A DNA stretch of 64,000 bases from Nitratidesulfovibrio sp. (GTDB lineage Bacteria > Desulfobacterota > Desulfovibrionia > Desulfovibrionales > Desulfovibrionaceae): the NCBI RefSeq assembly GCF_040373385.1, contig NZ_JBDXXH010000001.1, positions 9,191-73,190 on the forward strand, in the 5' to 3' direction. The stretch's first letter is position 1, and every line of letters starts with the position of its first letter. Of this stretch, positions 18,631 to 28,523 are shown in pieces. Under the pieces are notes generated by a model. The model was not told the DNA's origin. It worked only from the letters and a program-made list of their open reading frames with translations, and ran no database searches. The position numbers and the translations under genes were made by a program.

Positions 18631-18701
18631 CGTGCGCGGCCCGTGCGATTCCTGCGGCCCGTACGATCCGTGGGGTCCGTACGATGTGCGCGGCCCGTGG
18701 G
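18631..18701. repeat. Degenerate ~18-bp tandem repeat (gcggcccgtRcgatYc-like, about 4 units)
   Basis: gtgcgcggcccgtgcgattc / ctgcggcccgtacgatcc / gtggggtccgtacgat / gtgcgcggcccgtggggg, in the spacer upstream of speB. Confidence 0.6.
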
Positions 18702-18909
18702 GGCGGGCGCGGTCTGGCGCGGACCCTGCGTGCCGTGCCCATGTGCCGCAGATCGCGGCCCGGCACGCGCTTTTCGGTTCATGGTTTCGGCTGCCGCCCC
18801 CCGATGGGCGGCGTTGTTGGAAGGGCCGCGCGGCATGTCAGGGGTGTCATGGCGCGCGGATGGGCAAACAGCCGCCTCCCCGCGCGGGAAGGCGTTACCG
18901 GAGCTTGCC

Positions 18910-19779
18910 ATGCGGCACGCCGAAGGGCGTTTCTTGGCCTCTGAACTGGACAATGCCGCGCCCGCCGGGGCGCGTTTTCATGTCATCCCCGTCCCCTACG
19001 AAGACAGCGTTTCCTACGGCGGGGGCACGGCGGCGGGGCCTGCCGCCATCCTTGCCGCGTCGGACCAGCTGGAACTGTGGGACGGCGAATCGGTGCCCGC
19101 AGAGCTTGGCATTCACACCGCGCCCGCCGTGGACTGTTCCGGCGGGGCGGAGGCGGTGCTGGCGCGCATCGAGGCGGCCACGGCCACGGCCCTGTCCCAC
19201 GGGGGGCTGCCCGTGCTGCTGGGCGGCGAGCATACCGTCACCCTTGGGGCGCTGCGGGCGCTGCACCGCCAGCACGGCAGGTTCGGGGTCATCCAGTTCG
19301 ACGCCCACGCCGACCTGCGCGACAGCTACGGCGGCACCCCCTACAGCCACGCGGCGGTGATGCGCCGCGCCGTGGCCGACCTTGGCCTGCCGCTGTTCCA
19401 GATCGGGGTGCGCGCCCTGTGCCGCGAAGAAGTGGACTGCCGCGCCGCGCTGGGCATCGGCCATCTGGACGCCGCCGCGCTGGCCCGCCACGGCATCCCC
19501 GACCCGCTGCTGCCGCCGGGCTTTCCGGAACGCATCTACGTGACCTTCGACGTGGACGGGCTGGACCCCTCCATCATGCCCGCCACCGGCACTCCGGTGC
19601 CCGGCGGCCTTGGCTGGTACGACGCCCGGCGCTGCCTGGAACTGGCCATGGCCGGGCGGCAGGTGCTGGGCTTTGACGTGGTGGAACTGGCCCCCATGCT
19701 GGGCTTTCACGCGGCGGACTTTGCGGCGGCGCGGCTGGTGTACGACATCATGGGGCTGGTGCAGCGGCTGGGCCGCTGA
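18910..19779 (+). CDS. speB: Agmatinase (ureohydrolase family)
   Basis: ORF 18427..19779 trimmed to ATG 18910 (GGAG upstream). MRHAEGRFLASELD..; Mn-binding motifs GGEHTVT, FDAHADLRD, TFDVDGLDPS, VELAP. Confidence 0.9.
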   Translation: MRHAEGRFLASELDNAAPAGARFHVIPVPYEDSVSYGGGTAAGPAAILAASDQLELWDGESVPAELGIHTAPAVDCSGGAEAVLARIEAATATALSHGGLPVLLGGEHTVTLGALRALHRQHGRFGVIQFDAHADLRDSYGGTPYSHAAVMRRAVADLGLPLFQIGVRALCREEVDCRAALGIGHLDAAALARHGIPDPLLPPGFPERIYVTFDVDGLDPSIMPATGTPVPGGLGWYDARRCLELAMAGRQVLGFDVVELAPMLGFHAADFAAARLVYDIMGLVQRLGR

Positions 19780-19916
19780 GCCGGATTCCTCTTCCGTCCC
19801 TGTTCTCCGCGCGCGGTTCTCGCGCGGGGGCCAGCCTTCTGCCGCATGTCGTGGGGCCGGACGTCCGCACGCCCGCGTCCCACCCGCACACGTCCTACCC
19901 GCACCCAACAACGACA

Positions 19917-19951
19917 GCGCCCCGGCTTCCGGATGTTTCCGGGCCGGGGCG
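19917..19951. terminator. Stem-loop between convergent speB and the PAS-GGDEF-EAL gene
   Basis: cgccccggc-N17-gccggggcg, followed by ttcgtggtg. Confidence 0.45.
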
Positions 19952-20039
19952 TTCGTGGTGTGATGGCATGGGCGGGATGGGGACGGTGCGGGGGCGGTGC
20001 TGATGCAGCAGGGCCGCCCCCTCCACCGGCCATCCCCGG

Positions 20040-22667
20040 TCAGATGGTGCCGCCCCCGTCGCGGGGCACGGTCAGTCGTCTGCCCCGTACCAGCAGCGCG
20101 GCGAACTCTTCCGGCGGCAGGGGGCGGCTGAACAGGAATCCCTGCACCTCGTGGCAGCCTTCCAGCAGCAGGAAGTTGAGCTGTTCCGGCGTTTCCACCC
20201 CTTCGGCCACCACGCGTAGCCCCAGCCTGTCGGCCATGGTGATGATGGTGGCGGCGATGGCCGCGTCGTTGGGGTCGTCGGGGATGTCGCGGATGAACGA
20301 ACGGTCGATCTTCAGCGAGGTCAGCGGCAGGTTCTTGAGCTGGGACAGCGAGGAGTAGCCGGTGCCGAAGTCGTCCACCGAAAGGGCAATGCCCATTTCC
20401 GCCAGTTGGTTCAGCTTGCGGATGGTGTGGTCCGCGTCGGTGACGATGGTGGATTCGGTGATTTCCAGTTCCAGCAGGTGCGGCGGCAGGCCCGTTTCGG
20501 CCAGCACGTCGGCCACCATGCCCACCAGGTTGCGGTGGCGGAACTGATGCAGCGAAAGGTTCACGGCCACGTGCAGGTCGGCGTGCCCGGCATCGCACAG
20601 GGCGCGGGTTCTGGCGCAGGCCAGGCGCAGCATGTGCTCGCCAAGGGGCACGATGAGCCCCGTGGATTCGGCCAGCGGGATGAACTCCGCCGGGTGTTCC
20701 TGGCTGCCGTCGGCGCGGGTCCAGCGGGCCAGGGCCTCCATGCCGGTGATCAGGCCGGTGTTCAGGTCCACGCGCGGCTGGTAGTGGGCGGTGATGTCTC
20801 CGGCGGCCAGGGCGCGGTGCAGGTCGCCTTCCAGCGACAGGCGGCGCACGGCGCGTTCGTTCATGGCCGGGGTGAACAGGTGGTAGCGGCGCTTGCCCTG
20901 TTCCTTGGCGCGCGACATGGCGATGTCGGCGTTGCGCACCAGGGTGTCCGGGTCGTCGCCGTCGTCGGGAAACAGGGCTATGCCCACGCTGGCGCCCACG
21001 AACAGTTCGTGTTCCTGCACGCGCACCGGGTCGGTGAACCGGGCCAGCAGCCGTTCGGCCACCTGCGCGGCGTCGCGTTCGTTCTCCACGTCCTGCAGCA
21101 CCACGACGAATTCGTCGCCGCCCACGCGGGCCAGGGTGTCCTGCGGGCGGACCATCTGGCGCATCTGCTCGGCGGCCTGTTGCAGGTAGATGTCGCCCAC
21201 CATGTGGCCCAGGCTGTCGTTGACCTGCTTGAAGTTGTCCAGGTCCACCGACAGCACGGCCACCTTGCGGCCCTCGCGCCGGGCGCCGTTGATGGCCATG
21301 CCCAGCCGGTCGCGCAACAGGGCGCGGTTGGGCAGGCCGGTGAGCGCGTCATGGTGGGCCTGGTGCTGGATCTGCGATTCCTTGGCCTTCAGTTCCGTGA
21401 TGTCGTGGAACACGGCCACGTAGTATTCGGTGCGCCCGGTGGGGCCGGGTATGGCGCTGATGCTCAGCCACTCGGGGTAGACCTCGCCGTTCTTGCGGCG
21501 GTTCCAGATTTCTTCTTCCCAGCGGCCATCCTCCACCAGGGTGCGCCACATGTCCTCGTAGAAGGCGCTGTCGTGGTGGTGCGACTTGAGGATGCGCGGG
21601 GTCGCGCCCACGGCTTCTTCCGCCGGGTACCCGGTGATGGTGGTGAAGGCCGGGTTCACCGCCACGATGGTACCTTCCGGGTCGGTGATGCAGATGCCTT
21701 CCAGCGCGTTGCGGAACACCCGTTCGAACAGCCGCGCCTGCCGTTCGGCGGCGCGGCGGCCGGAAATGTCGTGCACCACCACCAGTGCGGCCATGCCCTC
21801 GCCCCGCAGCAGGGACAGGGGCAGGGGCTCCACGCTCACCTCGGCCTCGTGGCTGCCCTGCGCGGTGGCGCAGACCCCCTCCATGCAGAAGCCGCCGGTC
21901 GGGCAGGATTCGTGCGGGACTGTGGGCGGTCCCGCCGGGGTGGCGTCGGGCAGGGGGCTTCCGGCCAGCAGGTTGTCGATGCGGGCCTCGATGTCCGGGG
22001 GCAGCAGGTCCGCCGTGCGCAGGGACAGCAGGGCCTGGCGCGGGTGGCCGGACATGCGTTCGGCGGTGCGGTTGCAGTCCACGATGCGGCCGCCCTCGCC
22101 GCGTACGTACACGGCGTCGGGGGCCAGTTCGAACAGCGCGCGGAAGCGGGCGGTGCTTTCGGCAAGCGCGGCGGTGCGCTGGCGCACCTCTTCTTCTATT
22201 TCGGCCTGGACCAGGGCGGTGACGTCGAAGGCCAGGCCCAGCACGGCACCTGCCCCGGCCACCTCGGGCGGCAGGGGCAGCTTGGCCACGCGGAACACCC
22301 GCTCGGTAGCGTCGTCGGGCAGCATGCGCTCGCACAGCATGGGGGTTTCGTCGGCGGCCACGCGCCGGTCCTCGTCCAGCAGGGCGCTGGCCACGGCATG
22401 GGGAAAGATGTCGTGCGGGGAAAGGCCCACCATGTCCTTGCCGGGCACTCCGGCCAGGTCGGCGTACAACTGGTTGGCGGCCAGATAGCGGCCCTGGCCG
22501 TCGCGCAGGAACATGGCCACCATGGGGTTGTCCAGCAGGGCGCGCAGCAGGCCGGGCATCTTGCCGGCGGACGCGTCGTCGCCAGCCCTCACCCCGCCAA
22601 CTGCCCCACCGGTGGCGTGCTGTTCCTGTTTCCTGTCCCGCCTGTCGCCCGTCCTGTCGTCCGTCAT
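20040..22667 (-). CDS. Multi-PAS GGDEF-EAL signalling protein (c-di-GMP turnover)
   Basis: ORF 20040..23441 trimmed to ATG 22667 (AGGGGGG upstream; MTDDRTGDRRDRKQ..). PAS segments. GGDEF domain HDALTGLPNRA..RVGGDEFVVVL. EAL domain GMEALARW..ELEITES..DDFGTGYSSLS..LKIDRSF..AEGVET. Confidence 0.9.
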   Translation of the reverse strand: MTDDRTGDRRDRKQEQHATGGAVGGVRAGDDASAGKMPGLLRALLDNPMVAMFLRDGQGRYLAANQLYADLAGVPGKDMVGLSPHDIFPHAVASALLDEDRRVAADETPMLCERMLPDDATERVFRVAKLPLPPEVAGAGAVLGLAFDVTALVQAEIEEEVRQRTAALAESTARFRALFELAPDAVYVRGEGGRIVDCNRTAERMSGHPRQALLSLRTADLLPPDIEARIDNLLAGSPLPDATPAGPPTVPHESCPTGGFCMEGVCATAQGSHEAEVSVEPLPLSLLRGEGMAALVVVHDISGRRAAERQARLFERVFRNALEGICITDPEGTIVAVNPAFTTITGYPAEEAVGATPRILKSHHHDSAFYEDMWRTLVEDGRWEEEIWNRRKNGEVYPEWLSISAIPGPTGRTEYYVAVFHDITELKAKESQIQHQAHHDALTGLPNRALLRDRLGMAINGARREGRKVAVLSVDLDNFKQVNDSLGHMVGDIYLQQAAEQMRQMVRPQDTLARVGGDEFVVVLQDVENERDAAQVAERLLARFTDPVRVQEHELFVGASVGIALFPDDGDDPDTLVRNADIAMSRAKEQGKRRYHLFTPAMNERAVRRLSLEGDLHRALAAGDITAHYQPRVDLNTGLITGMEALARWTRADGSQEHPAEFIPLAESTGLIVPLGEHMLRLACARTRALCDAGHADLHVAVNLSLHQFRHRNLVGMVADVLAETGLPPHLLELEITESTIVTDADHTIRKLNQLAEMGIALSVDDFGTGYSSLSQLKNLPLTSLKIDRSFIRDIPDDPNDAAIAATIITMADRLGLRVVAEGVETPEQLNFLLLEGCHEVQGFLFSRPLPPEEFAALLVRGRRLTVPRDGGGTI

Positions 22668-23060
22668 TCGGAACCCCCCTTGAAAGCACGGCGCACGTGG
22701 ATGTCCAGATGGCATGCCATACCAGAAAGCGCGGGGGGCCGGAAGAGGCTGACGCGTACCCCTCCTCTGTGCCTGTCCATCCGCCGACCGGCTGCCCGTC
22801 ACATGACTGCGCGGACGACGAATGCGGGCAGGCGACCCGAATGTGGGCGATGCAGGGGAGGGGGCGGGGCGGGGGTTGCACAGGTCGCGCCAGTCGTGCC
22901 ATTGTGCATGCATCGGCATTCCCTTGCCATGCCTTGTACCGCCGTGTTCTGCATGATCGCGGGCATTCGTCCGCGCATGCCGCGCCCGGCCCGGTGGGCG
23001 ACAGCGGGGGGTGCGCCCACGCGACGCCACTGGCGCGCACAGCACGAAGGAGTCCGCGTC

Positions 23061-23486
23061 ATGCCCTATGCACGAATACTGCTTCCCATGGATGGTTCGG
23101 AGCATGCCCGCCTGGCCCTGCGCCACGCGGTGAACCTGGCTCGTTGCGGTGGCACGGGGCACGTTGTGCTTATGCACAGCTTTGGCGAAATTCCCGCCCT
23201 CATCGGCGGCGAGCCGCGCGAGGAACTGGTGCGTGAATGCACCCAGGAGGCGGAAGCCATGCTGGCCGAGCCGCGCGCCCTGCTGGACGAACTGGGCGTG
23301 CCCAATTCCGTGCGCATCGTGGACGGTGCCCCCGGCAGGGCCGTGGTGCGCGTCTGCGACGAGGAAGGGTGCGACACCATCGTCATGGGTTCTCGCGGGT
23401 TGGGCGAATTGGGCGGCATGATCATGGGCAGCGTCACCCATCAGGTGCTTCAGTTGGCTAAGGTGCCCGTGCTGGTCGTCCGCTAG
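23061..23486 (+). CDS. Universal stress protein (UspA family)
   Basis: ATG 23061 with GAAGGAG upstream, inside the artefactual ORF 20406..23486. MPYARILLPMDGSEHARLALRHAV..IVMGSRGLGELGGMIMGSVTHQVLQLAKVPVLVVR. Confidence 0.88.
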   Translation: MPYARILLPMDGSEHARLALRHAVNLARCGGTGHVVLMHSFGEIPALIGGEPREELVRECTQEAEAMLAEPRALLDELGVPNSVRIVDGAPGRAVVRVCDEEGCDTIVMGSRGLGELGGMIMGSVTHQVLQLAKVPVLVVR

Positions 23487-23613
23487 GCCGCGAAGTCATG
23501 GTTCGAACCGCCCCCACTGTGCCGCGCGGGCCGGGCCGCGCCCCCTTTACCCCCGGTCCCGACATCCTCTCCATCAGGCACCTTGCCCGCGTCCGGCCCC
23601 TGCGGGGTGCGGC

Positions 23614-25083
23614 ATGACCCCCTTCCCGGCGGTCACCCTGGTCACCCTGCAATGGGTGCTCATTCCCGCCATGTACGGGGTTTCCGTGTATGCGGCGGGC
23701 CACGCCCTGCTGTACAAGCGCGACCCGCGTGCGGCGCTGGGGTGGATTGCCGTGTGCCTTACCTTTCCCGTGGCCGGGCCGCTGCTCTATTTCCTGTTCG
23801 GCATCAACCGCGTGCACAGCCGCGCCGCCCGCCTGCTGGAAGAATCGGAAACCCGCCGCCTGCGCGAAGGGGGGCGTCTGCACGGCGGCCCGGCCCGGAA
23901 CGAGCCGCCGGGGGCCATGCCGTCCACCATCGTGCCGCCGCGCTACGAGCGGCTGGCCCGCGTGGGCTATGCGGTTACCGGGCGCCCCCTGGCCGGGGGC
24001 AACCACGTGCAGCCCCTGCATAACGGCGAGCAGGCCTACCCCGCCATGCTCGACGCCATCGACAATGCCGAGCACAGCGTTTTTCTGACCACCTACATCT
24101 TCGGCACCGGCGACGCGGGCCAGCGCTTCGTGGATGCCCTGGCCGACGCCGTGGCACGCGGGGTGGACGTGCGGGTCATCGTGGACGGCGTGGGCTGCCT
24201 GTACCACTGGCCGCGCGCCTGGCGGCGGCTGACCCGGCGCGGGGTGCGCGTGGAACGCTTTCTGCCGCCGCATCTCGTGCCGCCGCAGCTTTCGGTGAAC
24301 CTGCGCACCCACCGCAAGGTGCTGGTGTGCGACGGCAAGGTGGGCTTCACCGGGGGGATGAACATCGCCCAGAACCACATGGCCGCGCAGGGCTGCACCC
24401 GTTGCGTCACCGACATGCATTTTCTGTTCAGCGGGCCCATCGTGGCCCAGTTGCAGGAAGCCTTTCTGCGTGACTGGGGCTTCGTCACCGGCGAATACGC
24501 CCCCGGCCCGCAGGTGCGCGAGGAACCCTGCGGCGATTCGCTGTGCCGCATGGTGCTGGACGGACCCGGCTTCGGCTCCGAGCGCGTGCACGACCTGCTG
24601 GCGGGCGTGGTGGCCGGGGCCGAGCGATCCATCCACATCATGACGCCCTATTTCCTGCCCTCGCGCGAACTGATCAGCGGGCTGCGCGCCGCCTCGCTGC
24701 GCGGGGTAGAGGTGCACTGCGTGCTGCCCGTCCGCAACAACCTGCCCTTCGTGCACTGGGCCACCCGCAACCTGCTGCCCTCGCTGCTGGAAAGCGGAGT
24801 GCGGGTGTTCTATCAGCCGCCGCCGTTCTGCCACACCAAGCTGCTGCTCATCGACGGGTGTTACGCCCACGTGGGGTCGGCCAACATCGACCCGCGCAGC
24901 CTGCGCCTGAACTTCGAGCTGACGGTGGAGGTGCTGGACACCACCGTGGCCCGCCAGTTGGGGCACCACTTCGAGGCGGTGCGCGCCGTGTCGGACGAGG
25001 TGACGCCCGAATCGCTGACTGCCCGCAGCATGCCGGTGCGCCTGCGCGATGCGATGTGCTGGCTGTTTTCTCCTTACCTGTAG
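23614..25083 (+). CDS. cls: Cardiolipin synthase (phospholipase D superfamily, two HKD motifs)
   Basis: 489-aa ORF with two N-terminal TM helices. HKD motifs HRKVLVCDGKVGFTGGMNI and HTKLLLIDGCYAHVGSANID. Confidence 0.9.
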   Translation: MTPFPAVTLVTLQWVLIPAMYGVSVYAAGHALLYKRDPRAALGWIAVCLTFPVAGPLLYFLFGINRVHSRAARLLEESETRRLREGGRLHGGPARNEPPGAMPSTIVPPRYERLARVGYAVTGRPLAGGNHVQPLHNGEQAYPAMLDAIDNAEHSVFLTTYIFGTGDAGQRFVDALADAVARGVDVRVIVDGVGCLYHWPRAWRRLTRRGVRVERFLPPHLVPPQLSVNLRTHRKVLVCDGKVGFTGGMNIAQNHMAAQGCTRCVTDMHFLFSGPIVAQLQEAFLRDWGFVTGEYAPGPQVREEPCGDSLCRMVLDGPGFGSERVHDLLAGVVAGAERSIHIMTPYFLPSRELISGLRAASLRGVEVHCVLPVRNNLPFVHWATRNLLPSLLESGVRVFYQPPPFCHTKLLLIDGCYAHVGSANIDPRSLRLNFELTVEVLDTTVARQLGHHFEAVRAVSDEVTPESLTARSMPVRLRDAMCWLFSPYL

Positions 25084-25381
25084 GGGCAGAGCCCCGTCGG
25101 TACCCGCTTTGCCACGGAAAATCATGCAGCATCGCGTGCCGGACGGGTTTTGCAGCCCACCGGCATCATGGCGTTTTTCGAAACGGCAGGATGGGGGCCG
25201 CAGAAGCATGCGCCGCGTGCCGGTTTTGCCGACCTGTGGAATGCAATGATGGCAGCCTATTGCGCAGGTACGATGCGGCGGTGCCAGCCGTTTCGCGGGG
25301 GGCGGGCGCGGGGTTGACACCCCCGGCCAGGGGATTACTAGGGGGGTCGCAACGCAGTTTTCCCGGAAGGTAGTCTTCGGA

Positions 25382-26422
25382 ATGAATACGTCTCTTCAGC
25401 GCCAGGTTTCGTGCGGCATGCCGCGCGGCCTTGGCGCCTCCGATACCGGTTTCGCCACTTCAAGCCTTTCCCCCGCCACGCATGCCATCCCCCGCATCGG
25501 GGCGACTCGCGCGCGCGGAACGGGCGTTTCGTCCCGCTCTGCGCTGGCGTGCTGCGCCGTGCTGGCAATGCTGGCCGTGGTGCTGCTGCCCGACGCGGCC
25601 TTTGCCTGGGGGCCGGGCGTGCACATGGTGGCCGCGCACTGGCTGCTGCAGAACGCCTCGCTCCTGCCCGCCGCCGTGGGTTCGGCCCTGCTGGCCCATC
25701 CGGATGCCTTCCTGTACGGCAGCCTTTCCGCCGACATCTTCATCGGCAAGGGCTGCACCGTCACCCCCGGCCACAGCCACAACTGGAGCACCGGCCACGC
25801 CCTGTACGAGGCGGCGGACACTCCGCGCCTGCATGCCTACGCCTGCGGCTACCTTGCGCACCTTGCCGCCGACACCGTGGCCCACAATCACTACGTGCCC
25901 ACGCTGCTGGGGGGCACCCCCGGCACCGGCAAGCTGAGCCACGTGTACGTCGAGATGCAGGCCGACCGCATGGTGGAATGGGACGCGGCAGAGGCCGCCA
26001 GCCTGTTCCGCCTGCCCAACGGCGCGGCGGACCGCACCCTGTTGCAGGCCACGCACGGCGGGCACTGGCCCTTCGCCTTCAAGAAGCGGCTGTTCCGGAG
26101 CAGCCTGGCCGTCAGCGGCAAGCAGTCGTGGCGGCGTTCGCTGGGGCTGGTGCACCGGGTTATGCCCCACGCGGCGGACCGGGCCTACCTGCGCGACATG
26201 ATCGACGTCAGCGTGCGGGCCGTGGTGGACGTGCTGCGCGACCCGTACGGGTCGGCGGTGACGGGCATCGACCCCATCGGCAGCGACCACCTGGCCGAGG
26301 CCCGCGACGTGTGCCGGGGCGTGCAGCCCATGGTGGCGCGCAGGCCGGGCGGCGCACGCTTTCCGCTGGACGAGCGGCTGGTGGATCTGCCCTATTTGCC
26401 GGTGCCGTGCCGGGCGGCCTGA
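25382..26422 (+). CDS. Zinc-dependent phospholipase C-like / S1-P1 nuclease-like secreted protein
   Basis: 346-aa ORF; start uncertain. Signal-like ..CCAVLAMLAVVLLPDAAFA is followed by WGPGVHMVAAHWLL (mature N-terminal W-G-x-x-x-H). Also HNWSTGH and HLAADTVAHNHY. Confidence 0.6.
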   Translation: MNTSLQRQVSCGMPRGLGASDTGFATSSLSPATHAIPRIGATRARGTGVSSRSALACCAVLAMLAVVLLPDAAFAWGPGVHMVAAHWLLQNASLLPAAVGSALLAHPDAFLYGSLSADIFIGKGCTVTPGHSHNWSTGHALYEAADTPRLHAYACGYLAHLAADTVAHNHYVPTLLGGTPGTGKLSHVYVEMQADRMVEWDAAEAASLFRLPNGAADRTLLQATHGGHWPFAFKKRLFRSSLAVSGKQSWRRSLGLVHRVMPHAADRAYLRDMIDVSVRAVVDVLRDPYGSAVTGIDPIGSDHLAEARDVCRGVQPMVARRPGGARFPLDERLVDLPYLPVPCRAA

Positions 26423-26442
26423 GCGGCCCGTTTTTCTGACCA

Positions 26443-26482
26443 CGCGAAAAGGCGGCGGGAGTGATCCCGCCGCCTTTTCGCG
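26443..26482. terminator. Bidirectional terminator hairpin between convergent genes
   Basis: cgcgaaaaggcggcggga-gtga-tcccgccgccttttcgcg (perfect 18-bp stem), with flanking T/A runs on both sides. Confidence 0.75.
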
Positions 26483-26569
26483 TGCGTGGACGTGCGTGAG
26501 GCGGGGGGCTGCCGTACGGCAGCGGGGAAGAGGGGGCGGCACGGGCCGCAACGGAATGCGGACGGAGGG

Positions 26570-27787
26570 TCAGCCAAGCAGCCACGAGGCCAGCGCGCCT
26601 GCGCCCACCACGTACAGCACGTCCACCCCGGCGCGCAGCGCGGCAAAGGCGGCCACGCCGATGACGGCGGGCAGCGGCGTGGGGGGCAGGGCCTGGGCCA
26701 CGCTGATGGCCAGGTACCCCAGCAGCCCGGTGAACCCCGCCAGCGTGGCGCGTACCGCCCGGCGGTAGATGCGCGAATGCTCGATGCGCGAGACCAGCCG
26801 TTCCGCCCCCAGCATGAAGAACAGCGACGGCGTGAAGATGGCCAGCCCCGCCACCACCGACCCCACCGGGCCATCCACCTGCCAGCCGATGAACGCGGCG
26901 GTGAGGATGATGGGGCCGGGCGTCACCTGGCCGATGGCCACGCCGTCCAGAAAGGCGGCGTCGCTCATCCAGCCGCGCAGGTGGACCACCTCGTGGCGCA
27001 TCACCGGCAGGGCCGCCAGCGCCCCGCCGAAGGCCACGAGGTCGGTGCGCAGCATGGACACGGCCAGGGCGAACAGGTCGGGCCGCAGGGCCGCCAGCAC
27101 GGCCAGGGCCGCGGCCACCCCCGCCAGGCCCGCCAGCACGCCGCGCAAGGCGCCCAGGGCACCGGGCCGGACGGCAGCGCCGGGACCGCCGCCCGCCCGC
27201 GCGGAGGGTGCGGCATCGCCATCGCGGTACACCACCACCCCGGCGGCGGCCGCCGCCAGCACCGGCACGATGGGGTGGACGCCCAAAAGGGTCAGTCCGC
27301 ATACCCCGGCCCCGATCACCCAGTCCATGCCCATGCGCAGATAACGTTTGCCGAAATCAAGCAGCCCGGACACCATCAGCGCCACGGTGACGGCCTTCAG
27401 CCCGATGAACGCGGCCATGACGGCGGGCAGTTCGTGATTCTTCCAGTACATGGCCGAAAGCGCGGTGATCATCAGGAACGCGGGCAGGGTGAACCCGAAG
27501 AACCCGGCCAGCATGCCGGGCGTGCCGCGCAGTCGCAGCCCCACGTACGAGGCCACCTGCATCACCGTGGCCCCCGGCACCGCCTGGCACAGGGCCACGC
27601 CGGAGCGAAACGTGGCCTCGTCCATCCAGCCCTTGCGTTCCACCACCATGGCCCGCACCACGGGCAGCATGGCGGGGCCGCCGAAGGCCGTGGCGCCCAG
27701 GCGCATGAAGGTCAGGAACAGGTCGCGCAGGGAGGGCGGGTTGCCCGCGCCGGGCTGCGGCGGGGCGTCCAGAGATGTTTCGGACAC
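26570..27787 (-). CDS. chrA: Chromate ion transporter (CHR family, two-domain long form)
   Basis: ORF 26570..27829. The likely start is GTG 27787 (GAGG 5 nt upstream); ATG 27829 is also possible. LRDLFLTFMRLGATAFGGPAMLPVVR..; second half ..LRTDLVAFGGALAALPVMRHEVV... Confidence 0.85.
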   Translation of the reverse strand: MSETSLDAPPQPGAGNPPSLRDLFLTFMRLGATAFGGPAMLPVVRAMVVERKGWMDEATFRSGVALCQAVPGATVMQVASYVGLRLRGTPGMLAGFFGFTLPAFLMITALSAMYWKNHELPAVMAAFIGLKAVTVALMVSGLLDFGKRYLRMGMDWVIGAGVCGLTLLGVHPIVPVLAAAAAGVVVYRDGDAAPSARAGGGPGAAVRPGALGALRGVLAGLAGVAAALAVLAALRPDLFALAVSMLRTDLVAFGGALAALPVMRHEVVHLRGWMSDAAFLDGVAIGQVTPGPIILTAAFIGWQVDGPVGSVVAGLAIFTPSLFFMLGAERLVSRIEHSRIYRRAVRATLAGFTGLLGYLAISVAQALPPTPLPAVIGVAAFAALRAGVDVLYVVGAGALASWLLG

Positions 27788-27929
27788 GGTGACCTCGTTG
27801 TTTCGGATGAGTGCCCTGCAGTATGCCACATGATCGGGGCGTGCACTCCCGCCCCCTGACCGGCCGCCATTTCTGGCGACATTCTACCATGATGTGGACT
27901 GAAAACGCTGCTGTCCGTCGGTATCCTAG

Positions 27930-27953
27930 CCTTGTAAGCGGTCACTTACAAGG
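27930..27953. promoter_or_regulatory. 9-6-9 perfect inverted repeat CCTTGTAAG-N6-CTTACAAGG in the chrA / ABM-gene divergent region
   Basis: Read directly from the sequence. It lies about 140 bp upstream of the GTG 27787 start of chrA and about 170 bp upstream of the ABM gene. Confidence 0.35.
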
Positions 27954-28123
27954 GAACGCCACGGGTAGCGGAAATTTCGTGACGGGTTCCGGCGTGTGCT
28001 TCGGTATCTTTTTTGTGCGTACTTGCCGAAAGTGTCCCAGTGGGTAAGACTGTCGCCATCATCCGCGCGGTGGTGCGACATCACGCGGAGACATCCTTCA
28101 AGGCAGTGCAAGGAGCACAGATC

Positions 28124-28429
28124 ATGTCGCAAACCGATTCTCCCGTGGCCGTCACCGCCATGCTCACCGCCCGGCCCGGCAGCGAGGCCCGCGCGGCGGA
28201 ACTCATCGCCGGTATCGTGGCCGCCACGCAGCGCCATGACGGCATGCTGCGCTACGAGGCGCAACAGCAGTTGGACGCACCGCGCAATTTCACCTTCATC
28301 GAACAGTGGACGTCCAGGACAACCCTGGACGCGCACCTGGCCACGCCGGAACTGCTGGCCTTCCGTGCGGCGGCGGCAGAGGTTTTCGAAGGCCCCGCCG
28401 ACGTGCGGCTGTGGCGGCTGGTGAAGTAG
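28124..28429 (+). CDS. Antibiotic-biosynthesis-monooxygenase (ABM/Dabb) family protein
   Basis: ORF 28013..28429 trimmed to ATG 28124 (AAGGAG upstream). 101 aa. VAVTAMLTARPGSEARAAELIAGIVAATQRHDGMLRYEAQQQLDAPRNFTFIEQWTSRTTLDAHL. Confidence 0.7.
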   Translation: MSQTDSPVAVTAMLTARPGSEARAAELIAGIVAATQRHDGMLRYEAQQQLDAPRNFTFIEQWTSRTTLDAHLATPELLAFRAAAAEVFEGPADVRLWRLVK

Positions 28430-28523
28430 CGGGAACGGTATCCCGCCGGGCCGCGGCGTCACGGTCCCACCTGCATCCCCGCATCCCCCATTTCCGTATC
28501 CCCTGACGGGGAGGAGGCCCCCC

